NCBI GenBank assembly: GCA_040754495.1
Contig: JBFMCO010000009.1
Location: forward strand, 1 to 35,702
Direction of reading: 5' to 3'
DNA: 35,702 nucleotides
DNA from: Candidatus Micrarchaeota archaeon
Lineage (GTDB): Archaea; Micrarchaeota; Micrarchaeia; Anstonellales; Bilamarchaeaceae
Made by a program: the position numbers and the translations under genes. Each line of letters starts with the position of its first letter. Within the stretch, counting starts at the first letter, position 1. The notes under the pieces were generated by a model that worked only from the letters and a program-made list of their open reading frames with translations, did not search any database and was not told the origin of the DNA. Positions 17,813 through 25,598 of the stretch are shown here, one piece after another.

Positions 17813-18003
17813 ACGTGGATATTCCGGCAGGATTGTACAAGAAACTAGAGGAGAGGATAAAGGGCAGCGAGTTTTCCAGTGTCTCGGACTACGTTGCATT
17901 CGTGCTCACCGAGCTGCTTGCGGCCGAGGAGGCTTCAGGCGGGAGTTCCGAGGACGAGGGCAAGGTCAAGGAAAGGCTCAGGTCTTTGGGCTACCTCGAC
18001 TGA
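17809..18003 (+). CDS. Small ribbon-helix-helix (CopG-like) protein with C-terminal ERLRSLGYLD tail
   Basis: ATGA overlap with the upstream stop. VDIPAGLYKKLEERI...FSSVSDYVAFVL fits an RHH pattern. Confidence 0.8.
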   Translation: MNVDIPAGLYKKLEERIKGSEFSSVSDYVAFVLTELLAAEEASGGSSEDEGKVKERLRSLGYLD

Positions 18004-19253
18004 AGGTCGATTGAGGGCTTCAGGGAGGAGACTACGGATTGCAGCTTGCCGCTCCTGCCCCTCGGAATTGATTCGACCAGCTCCACCTTGATGTCCAGTT
18101 TTTCCGGGAAGAAGGCGTTCAGGTCGTCGGAGAGCTTCTTGCGGTCCTTTCCGTCTATTTTCCCGTCCTCGGTGACTATGAGGATTTTCAGCTCGCCCTC
18201 GTTGTCCTGCCTCGCCTGGAAGAGCACGGCGCCCGGGATGTCGCGGATGAAGACACCCACGAACCGCCCGGAGATGGGCCTTCCGCTCGGAAGCACGATG
18301 AAATCGTCGTCTCTTCCCTCTATGGGCTTGAGCGTCTGCAGGCCTCTTTTGCACGCGCACTTTTCACCTATTGCCGTGCGGTCGCCGAGCGAGTAGCGGA
18401 GCAGCGGCATCGCCCTCTGCCAGAGCGGGGTTACGACAATGTTGCCGTATTCGCCGTCTTTCACGGGCCTGCCCTGCTCATCCACGATTTCCGCAATCAC
18501 ATGGTCCGAATGCAGGTGCATCGAGCCTTTTTCGCACTGCCACGCGAGCCAGGACGTCTCCATCGAGCCGTACATGTCATAGACCTTCGCCCCGAACGAC
18601 GCTTCGAGGAACGCCCTTGCCTTCGGCGTGAGAAGCTCCGCATACGAGAAGAGCTTTTCTATCTTCAATGCGCCGTCCCCCTGGTTCGCGTGCGCCATCG
18701 GGAGCGCGTACGAGGGATGGCAGATGAGCGCCTTCGGCTTCATCTCCTTCAGCTTCTTGAGGTTGGCTTTTTCATCGTCATGCATGGAAAGGTAATGCCT
18801 CCTGAAGATACCGAGGTTTTGCAGGAGGCGCGGCTTTCCGTTATGGTAGATGATGTGCACTACCTTGTCGAAAGGCCCGATGCCCGCTTCCGTGAGCTGG
18901 CGCATCTCGAATGCCGGGCCGTAGGCCGATTCCCCTGCGCTGTGATAGATGTCGAGCGGAGTGCCTGTGGAGCCGGATGTGGACATCTTCTTGAGCGAGC
19001 TTTCCCTGTATGCGCTGCTGATGAGGGAAAGGGTGTTCGAGCGGATGTCCTGCTTGCGGAGGATTGGTAGAGCAGGGAGGTCGTCGAGGGAACGGACCGT
19101 TCTCCCCTCGAATTTCTTCCTGTAATACGGGACCTTGTTTTTCGCGTACTCGAAAAGCTCCCTGAGCTTCTTTTCCTGGGTTGCCCTCAGCTCTTCCGGG
19201 CTTTTCCACTGGTCGGAGCGCATCTGCGCGAGCAAAGAGGCTATGTGCATCAT
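17991..19253 (-). CDS. CapK/PaaK-like adenylate-forming ligase, paralog 2
   Basis: STSGSTGTP, MYGSMET, PLLRYSLGD, GRDDD and KLQSVVS motifs. The start at 19253 forms an ATGA overlap with the upstream stop. Confidence 0.88.
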   Translation of the reverse strand: MMHIASLLAQMRSDQWKSPEELRATQEKKLRELFEYAKNKVPYYRKKFEGRTVRSLDDLPALPILRKQDIRSNTLSLISSAYRESSLKKMSTSGSTGTPLDIYHSAGESAYGPAFEMRQLTEAGIGPFDKVVHIIYHNGKPRLLQNLGIFRRHYLSMHDDEKANLKKLKEMKPKALICHPSYALPMAHANQGDGALKIEKLFSYAELLTPKARAFLEASFGAKVYDMYGSMETSWLAWQCEKGSMHLHSDHVIAEIVDEQGRPVKDGEYGNIVVTPLWQRAMPLLRYSLGDRTAIGEKCACKRGLQTLKPIEGRDDDFIVLPSGRPISGRFVGVFIRDIPGAVLFQARQDNEGELKILIVTEDGKIDGKDRKKLSDDLNAFFPEKLDIKVELVESIPRGRSGKLQSVVSSLKPSIDLQSR

Positions 19254-20500
19254 TTTCGCACCTTCGAGACGACCGTGCTGATTTTTCCGGTCCTTCCCTT
19301 TTCTATGGAATTTGCCTCCTCGAACTCCACCGTAATTCTCTCCCCGAGGCAGCCCCTTTTGATTCTTTTTGCGATTTCCTTCCTGGCTTTTTCGTCGAAG
19401 CCCTTTGCAGGCACGTACCTGAACACGAAAATGCCTTCCTTTTCCTGCACAATCTGGTAGCTTTTTACCTCCCGGATGTCGTCCAGAAGGTTGATGGAGC
19501 GCGCGGAGCGCTTTTTCCCGCTCGGCAATGTGATTAGGTCGTCCTCCCTGCCTTCCAGCCTGCCCAGGACGGGCAATCCCCGGCCGCAGCCGCATTTTCC
19601 CCATTCCGCCAGGTCGCCGACGGCATAGCGCAGGAGCGGCATCGCCGAATTGAACAGGCCGGTGATTACCAGGCGGCCGAGGCCATTTGTCGGCCTGCCC
19701 TGGCTATCCACGATTTCGGCAAGGCAGTTCGGGTGGACGTGCAAGGAGTGGTTTTTGCATTCGAACGCAATCGTGCCGAATTCAACAGAGCCGTACTGGT
19801 TGAAGACCGGGCAATCGAATGATTCGCCAATGAGCCTGCGCCTTTCCTTTGTAAGCATCTCGGCCCCGCAGAAGACGGATTTCAGATTTACAGGGTTTCC
19901 GGCCTCTTCGTTCAGCCTTGCCATCATGCCGACGATTGAGGGGTACCAGCCGAGGATGTCCGGCTTCGCCTTTTGGAGGAGCGCGAAGTTCTTTTCCTCG
20001 TCCTCGAAAACAGAGAGGTGCATTTTTCGGAAGATGCCAAGCGAGGCAAGATGGGGCAGTGAGCTGTATTCAGCGTCGGATATTTCAGCAAACAAGTCGA
20101 AGGGCGAGCGGCCGAACTCCGTCTGCGCGAAGGCCAGGCCCGCGGCCCTAGCGGAGAGCGCGTTTTTGTCGAAATAGACGTCGATTGGCACCCCGGAGGA
20201 GCCGGACGTGCTGGCCTTGTGGAGAGAGGCGGTTTTCGTGAGAAAATCCTGGGGAGCGGAGCGGATGTCGTCCTTGGTAGTTATGGGTATTTCGGAGAGG
20301 ATTGGGGAGGGGGATGATATGGAATGGGGTTTTGAGGTCGCAAGGGTTATGCGTTTTGAGTAGAATTTAGTTTTCTTCGCGGCCTCGATGATTCTGGCCA
20401 GCTTTTTCCCCTGAAGCTCCTGGAGCCCCGCAGGGCTCAGCCACTGCTCCCTCCTGAAAGTGAGGACGTCGCTGAGCATCTTCAGGAAAGAGGGACGCAT
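19250..20500 (-). CDS. CapK/PaaK-like adenylate-forming ligase, paralog 3
   Basis: STSGSSGVP, QYGSVEFG, PLLRYAVGD, GREDD and KISTVVS motifs. TATA-like TTAAAAAA lies about 22 nt upstream of ATG 20500. Confidence 0.88.
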   Translation of the reverse strand: MRPSFLKMLSDVLTFRREQWLSPAGLQELQGKKLARIIEAAKKTKFYSKRITLATSKPHSISSPSPILSEIPITTKDDIRSAPQDFLTKTASLHKASTSGSSGVPIDVYFDKNALSARAAGLAFAQTEFGRSPFDLFAEISDAEYSSLPHLASLGIFRKMHLSVFEDEEKNFALLQKAKPDILGWYPSIVGMMARLNEEAGNPVNLKSVFCGAEMLTKERRRLIGESFDCPVFNQYGSVEFGTIAFECKNHSLHVHPNCLAEIVDSQGRPTNGLGRLVITGLFNSAMPLLRYAVGDLAEWGKCGCGRGLPVLGRLEGREDDLITLPSGKKRSARSINLLDDIREVKSYQIVQEKEGIFVFRYVPAKGFDEKARKEIAKRIKRGCLGERITVEFEEANSIEKGRTGKISTVVSKVRK

Positions 20501-20558
20501 GGGGAAGAATTGGGTTTTATCTTTTTTAATGGGGATGGATGACGGGCCTGGCCGGGCA

Positions 20559-21848
20559 TCATAAGAGGGTGCCGTCTCCGAAGCCCGTCCCGGCACGGCC
20601 TCTCACCTTGGATATCACCGAGGTAAGCTTGCCGGTTCCGGTGCGGGGGATGCGCTGCATCTTCTCGAACTCGAGCTTCACCTCTTCGCCGAGGCACCCG
20701 CGCCTTACCATCGACACGACTTCGCCGGCATCGCGCTTCCCGATTTCTTTTTCCGAAGGAACGTACCTGAAAACGAAGAGGTCTTCCTTTTCCTGGACGA
20801 GCTGGTAGGATATCAGGCTTTCGGGGTTTTTGAGGAAGTCGAAAGAGAATGAGGAGCGCACCCTGCCGCTCGGCAGGACGATGAAATCCTCCGTCCTGCC
20901 CTTGAGCGACTTCAGGACAGGCAGGCCCCGCCCGCAGGGGCAGTCGGCGCCCCAGCTTCCCAGGTCCCCGAGGGGATAGCGCAGCAGCGGCATGGCGGCG
21001 TTCTGGAGGCCGGTCACGACAATCATGCCTTGCCCGCTTTTTTTCGCCCTTCCCCGCGAATCCAGGATTTCCACGATGGAGCCCGGGTTGACATGCAGCC
21101 TGTGCTCCTCGGGGCATTCCCTCGCAATCACGCCGAATTCGGTCGAGGCATAGAGCTCGAAGACGGATGAGCCGAAGGATTCCTCAATCAGGCTCCGGCA
21201 GCGGCGCGTGAGCATCTCGGCGCCGCAGAACAGCGCCTTAGGCCGGAGCGGCCTGCCCTGCGATGAATTCATCCTCGCCAGGATGGCCAGGACCGAAGGC
21301 ATCCATCCTATGATGTCCGGCCTCGCGCGGCGCAGGATGGAGAACACCTTCTTCTCATCTTCGAAGACAGATATGTGGAGCTTCCTGAAAATCCCGAGCG
21401 GGGATAGGACGAACGGCGGCGGGGTCATGTGCGAGATTTCTGCATAGAGGTCGAAGGGGCCCCTTCCGAATTCCAGCTGCGCGAGCAGGAACGAGGCAGC
21501 CCAGCAGTCCATGGCCTTTTCGTCGAAAAAAATGCTTGCCGGCACGCCCGTGGAGCCGGATGTTTCCTGCCTGATGAGGCGGGCATGGTCGGTCCCTTCC
21601 GCGATGAACGAGGCCGGATTGCCGCGCACGGCCTCTTTTCCGGTCAGGGGGAGCAGGGCGAGGTCGCGGCCGACTTCTTCTGCGGTAAGGCCGAGTTTCG
21701 CCAAAAGGCTCCTGTAATACGGGGCCTTCGACGCCGCGGCAACGGCCGGCTCCAGGCGTTTCGCCAGGATATCGTTGAGGCTTTCCCGGTCAAGCCACTG
21801 CTCCCTTCTGCATCGCAGGGAAAGCTCCAGCCTCCTCAGCATCCCCAT
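20559..21848 (-). CDS. CapK/PaaK-like adenylate-forming ligase, paralog 4
   Basis: ETSGSTGVP, LYASTEFG, PLLRYPLGD, GRTED and KLTSVIS motifs. TTATAAA lies 24 nt upstream of ATG 21848. Confidence 0.88.
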   Translation of the reverse strand: MGMLRRLELSLRCRREQWLDRESLNDILAKRLEPAVAAASKAPYYRSLLAKLGLTAEEVGRDLALLPLTGKEAVRGNPASFIAEGTDHARLIRQETSGSTGVPASIFFDEKAMDCWAASFLLAQLEFGRGPFDLYAEISHMTPPPFVLSPLGIFRKLHISVFEDEKKVFSILRRARPDIIGWMPSVLAILARMNSSQGRPLRPKALFCGAEMLTRRCRSLIEESFGSSVFELYASTEFGVIARECPEEHRLHVNPGSIVEILDSRGRAKKSGQGMIVVTGLQNAAMPLLRYPLGDLGSWGADCPCGRGLPVLKSLKGRTEDFIVLPSGRVRSSFSFDFLKNPESLISYQLVQEKEDLFVFRYVPSEKEIGKRDAGEVVSMVRRGCLGEEVKLEFEKMQRIPRTGTGKLTSVISKVRGRAGTGFGDGTLL

Positions 21849-21892
21849 GAAGCGGGTTAGGGCGGGCAATGTTTATAATCCGGGCCGCTCCT

Positions 21893-23239
21893 TCAAAGCT
21901 GCCCTGCAGCCTCGTATGCGACCGAGTCGAACCTTCCGTCGCCGGTAAGCAGGAAAACGACGTTTCTCCTCATTTTCTGATGCTCGGCCGCGGCCGCCTC
22001 CTCCATAGCCGCGAGGATGGCATGCGCGGACTCCGGCGCCGGCAGGAATCCCTCGGACTTCTGGAATTCGAGGCCGGCCTCCAGGACTTCTTTTTGGGCA
22101 AACGCCACCGCCTTCACATGACCGAGCTGATGGAGCATCGAAAGGACCGGGTTCTTTCCGTGGTACCTCAGCCCGCCTGCATGGAGCTTTGGCGGCACGT
22201 TTTCATGTCCCAGGCTGTTCATCAGCAGGAGGGGCATGAGCTCTCCATGGTCCTGGTAGTCCCATTCGTACCTACCCTGCGTCAGGACTGGAATGTTCGC
22301 CGATTCGGCGGCCACGAACACCGGGCCTTTCCTGCCTGCGAGCTTGTCGTCTATGTACGGGGCCACCAGGCCGCAGAAATTGCTCCCGCCCCCGATGCAG
22401 GCGACCAGCACGTCGGGCTCGACCTTCAGCGCGGCAAGCTGCGCAACGACCTCCTGCCCGATTATCGACTGGTGGAGGGCCGCGTAATAGGACATGCACC
22501 CAAGGAGCAGGGCGGTCTCGCCATCGACGGTCGAAACCGCCTCGGACATGCCTATGCCGAGGCTTCCCGGATGGTCCTTGTCCTTGCGCAGCTCGGCCCT
22601 GCCGACCCCGGTTTTTTCGCTGGGCGAGGATACGACTTCCGCCCCGTACTCCTCCATCATCGCGACCCTGCCCTTCTTGTCGCGGTAGCTCTGGGCGGTC
22701 ATGAATATCGTGGAGCGGAGGCCCATCCTCCTTGCGGCTATCGCGACCGCTATGCCCCATTGGCCCGCCCCGGTATCGGTCACGACTTTTTTCCTGCCGT
22801 CCCACTTCGCATAAAGCGCCTGCGCAAGCGACGTGTTGAGCTTGTGGCTGCCGCTAGGGGTGCATGACTCGTCCTTGACATATATGGCGGCGTATTCGAG
22901 GGAGGCCTTTCCAAGCCGCGCCGCGACCGCCTTCTCAAGCCCGGAAGCGCGGTAAAGTGGGGTGGGCCTGTACTTCAGGTACTCGTCGTAGACCTCCCGG
23001 GGAATCTCTATTTCCCTTTCGGTCCGGTAAGGCCCGCTCAGGGTTTCGATTCTTGCCGCTTCCGTGGAGGTCATTTTCGCAAGCGCCTGCTCCGGAAACG
23101 GCTCCACGGCGTTCCCGCTTTCCCTGCCCGGCACGGGAAGCTCGAGCCCGTTCCTGAAGAAATCTGAAAGGAAGTTCCTCCACGTCCTTGGCACGGGCAC
23201 AAGAGGGCCCTTCCGTTCCTCCATCGGATTTTCCACCAC
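21893..23239 (-). CDS. trpB2: TrpB2-like PLP-dependent enzyme (divergent active site)
   Basis: RPTPLYRA, GSHKLNT (PLP Lys codon 22841-22843), TDTGAGQWG, PGSLGI, GGGSNF, HAGGLRYHG and PAPESAHA motifs. Start is GTG 23239 or ATG 23224. Confidence 0.9.
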   Translation of the reverse strand: MVENPMEERKGPLVPVPRTWRNFLSDFFRNGLELPVPGRESGNAVEPFPEQALAKMTSTEAARIETLSGPYRTEREIEIPREVYDEYLKYRPTPLYRASGLEKAVAARLGKASLEYAAIYVKDESCTPSGSHKLNTSLAQALYAKWDGRKKVVTDTGAGQWGIAVAIAARRMGLRSTIFMTAQSYRDKKGRVAMMEEYGAEVVSSPSEKTGVGRAELRKDKDHPGSLGIGMSEAVSTVDGETALLLGCMSYYAALHQSIIGQEVVAQLAALKVEPDVLVACIGGGSNFCGLVAPYIDDKLAGRKGPVFVAAESANIPVLTQGRYEWDYQDHGELMPLLLMNSLGHENVPPKLHAGGLRYHGKNPVLSMLHQLGHVKAVAFAQKEVLEAGLEFQKSEGFLPAPESAHAILAAMEEAAAAEHQKMRRNVVFLLTGDGRFDSVAYEAAGQL

Positions 23240-23268
23240 GTCGAATTTGCCGGAATGGCATTATAAAT

Positions 23269-24492
23269 TCAGCGGACTTTCGATACGACCCTCTCGATTT
23301 TTCCCGTCCTGCCCCTGGGAATCCTCTCTACATGCTCGAACTCCAGCCGTATCTCTTCCCCGAGGCATGCCTTTCTCATGTCGGCCGTTATCTCATCCTT
23401 CGTCCTTTCGGTCAGCTCCGACCCGCAATAGCGCAGCACGAACAGGTCCTCGCGCTCCTGGATAATCTGGTACTGGGTGATTTCGCTGACCGCGGCGTCG
23501 ATATCGAGAATCCCGAGGCTGATCGCCGGGTGCGTTTTTCCGCTCGGCAGCCTGATGAGCACCGGGTTCCTGCCTTCAAAGGAACCGAGAACCGGGTATC
23601 CCCGGCCGCACGGGCAATCCTTCCCCCATGAACCCGTGTCGCCGAGCCCGTACCTGATGAGGGGCATCGTCCGGTTATACAGGGACGTGACCACGATGTT
23701 CCCTTTCCCGTGCTTTTTCGGCCTTCCCTTATGGTCGACGATTTCCACCTTGAGGGTGCTGGAATTCACGTGCATCCTCCCCTCCTCCGGGCATTCCCAT
23801 GCGACCGAGCGGAATTCCCATGCCCCGTAATAATCCAGGACCGGGCAGGAGAACGAGTCCCCGATGAGCTTCCTCGCGCCCGGAGTCAGTGTCTCCCCGC
23901 AGGCGATAATCGACTTCGGCCTGATTTTTTTGTTCATCCTGGCAAGCATGGCCAGGATGGACGGGTATCCCTTTATCATCTCCGGCCTGTTCCTGGCGAT
24001 TTTTTCATATATCGCTTCTTCCGGCTCGCGGGAGTCTATCTTGAGCTTCCTGAAAAGGACGAACGAATGTGGGGCGTAGCTTTCCCTGGAGATATCTGCG
24101 AACAGCCCGAACGGCGACCTTCCCTGGGAGATTTCGTGGAAATGGACTATGGCGATCCGCTGCAAGGATTCGGCCCTGTCCGTGTATATCGTGATGGGGA
24201 TTCCGGTGGTGCCGGATGTCCTGTGGGCGTCCAGGGAGCGCATGTCCGCACCCCTCCGGATGAAAAGGAGCGGGTCGGAGCGAATCCTGTCCTTTTCCAG
24301 CACCGGAAGGAGGGAAAGGTCCCGGGCTGCATCCGCCGCGGGAACAATCCCCAGATGCCTGGAATAGTAACCGGTATCCCCGGCGCAGCGCAGTATGCCT
24401 TCCAGCTTGTTTTTTTGCGCCTCCTCGAGGGAATCCCTGTCCATCCATTCCTCCCTCCGCATGGAGAGAACATGCATGAGGATGGACATCAT
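23269..24492 (-). CDS. CapK/PaaK-like adenylate-forming ligase, paralog 5
   Basis: RTSGTTGIP, YYGAWEFR, PLIRYGLGD, GRNPV (atypical) and KIERVVS motifs. Confidence 0.85.
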   Translation of the reverse strand: MMSILMHVLSMRREEWMDRDSLEEAQKNKLEGILRCAGDTGYYSRHLGIVPAADAARDLSLLPVLEKDRIRSDPLLFIRRGADMRSLDAHRTSGTTGIPITIYTDRAESLQRIAIVHFHEISQGRSPFGLFADISRESYAPHSFVLFRKLKIDSREPEEAIYEKIARNRPEMIKGYPSILAMLARMNKKIRPKSIIACGETLTPGARKLIGDSFSCPVLDYYGAWEFRSVAWECPEEGRMHVNSSTLKVEIVDHKGRPKKHGKGNIVVTSLYNRTMPLIRYGLGDTGSWGKDCPCGRGYPVLGSFEGRNPVLIRLPSGKTHPAISLGILDIDAAVSEITQYQIIQEREDLFVLRYCGSELTERTKDEITADMRKACLGEEIRLEFEHVERIPRGRTGKIERVVSKVR

Positions 24493-24514
24493 GGCAATGC
24501 ATTAGCCGGCAATC

Positions 24515-25132
24515 TTATTTAACCCGCATGAGCCGCTTCGAAAGGCCATGGCGGAAGGAGGACCAGTGGACGAACAGGCCGAACAGCAGCGCTTCGACAG
24601 GAATCCGGTTGAGGGCGCTCGGGCGGAGCTCGACCTCGTAGTATTTGTAGGTCGTGCCGTCGAACGGGAAATACCTGTCATGGGCCGGATAGTACCGCGC
24701 CCCGAATTTCGACTCGAAACCCACGGACTCGGGCGAGGCGTATCCGTAGACCTTGCGGAAGCCCATCTCCTTCACGGTGCGGAGCCTGCTCTCGTTGAGC
24801 AGCCTGCCCACGCTCACCCCGCCCTTTCCGCCCTGGAAGCTGGCCTTGACGTAGATGAGATTGAAATAGCTGCTTTGGAGGAGCCTGTCGAACCTGCCGG
24901 ATGTGAAGCTGGAGAAGCCTGCGAGCTCCCCATCCACCTCCGCGATTATCATTTTCCCGTGAGAAAGGTAAATCTCGAACAGCTCCTCGTCCGGAAGCGA
25001 GAGGACGCGGTCGACGGCTTCGTCGGGGTGGGCGCCGCCGAGGCTTTTCCTCAGCGTGCCGTACGAATCCCTGAACAGCCGGACCACCTGCGTCTCGTCC
25101 CCGGCCCTGGCGTCCCTCAGAAGTATGTTCAT
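24515..25132 (-). CDS. GNAT-family N-acetyltransferase
   Basis: ILLRDARAGD, IIAEVDGELAGF, IYVKASFQGGKG..VGRLL (acetyl-CoA motif A) and GFESKFG. An alternative start is at 25180. Confidence 0.8.
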   Translation of the reverse strand: MNILLRDARAGDETQVVRLFRDSYGTLRKSLGGAHPDEAVDRVLSLPDEELFEIYLSHGKMIIAEVDGELAGFSSFTSGRFDRLLQSSYFNLIYVKASFQGGKGGVSVGRLLNESRLRTVKEMGFRKVYGYASPESVGFESKFGARYYPAHDRYFPFDGTTYKYYEVELRPSALNRIPVEALLFGLFVHWSSFRHGLSKRLMRVK

Positions 25133-25249
25133 GCCCGTTCCCTTTTCCAGGCTTTGGTTATTGAGTTGGATTTGAATCATTAAAAAGACCTCGGCCAGGG
25201 ATTGGAAATTGTTTTAAAAAGAAAGGTAACATAAGATTTCACGCTTTTT

Positions 25250-25464
25250 GGGCCCGTAGCTCAGCCTGGTTGGAGCGTTCGACTGATAGAAACTTTTTTG
25301 GAAAAAGTTTCATCAAAAACTGACTGTTGCAAAACCCTCTCGGGTTTTGGGTGAAAACCATTTTGCCGCAAGGGCAAAATCAGCGAGTCCGTTTTTGATC
25401 AAAACTTTTTTCTAAAAAGTTTTGGGAAATCGAAAGGTCGTGAGTTCAAATCTCGCCGGGCCCA
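25250..25464 (+). tRNA. tRNA-Ile(GAT) with 140-nt intron at 37/38
   Basis: Acceptor GGGCCCG/CGGGCCC, D stem GCTC/GAGC, anticodon stem TTCGA/TCGAA, anticodon GAT at 25285-25287, T loop TTCAAAT. No encoded CCA. Confidence 0.92.
25289..25428 (+). other. Structured tRNA intron with about 33-nt terminal inverted repeats and an internal four-way junction
   Basis: Manual base pairing (see findings). Forms a BHB-like motif with the exons. Confidence 0.85.
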
Positions 25465-25598
25465 AATTCTCTTTTTTGTCTCCAGCATCGGGTCTCCCGT
25501 CGCTTATTGCGCTTTAGCCCGTATTTTCCCCACTTATTACGCCAACTTCCCGCAAACAGCAACAATTTTAATAACAAGCGCCCATATGATTTCCGAGG

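Noticed and set aside
7233-18003. Convergent stop-codon overlaps (CTAG at 7233-7236 and 10575-10578; 13 nt at 17991-18003)
   Set aside because: Ordinary feature of compact genomes; no additional signal.
7233-24492. Phenylacetate catabolism (true PaaK)
   Set aside because: No paa genes are present, and the context is exclusively glycan biosynthesis.
25289-25428. Box C/D guide RNA, group I intron or homing endonuclease in the tRNA-Ile intron
   Set aside because: No RTGATGA box C, too short for a group I core, and no ORF.
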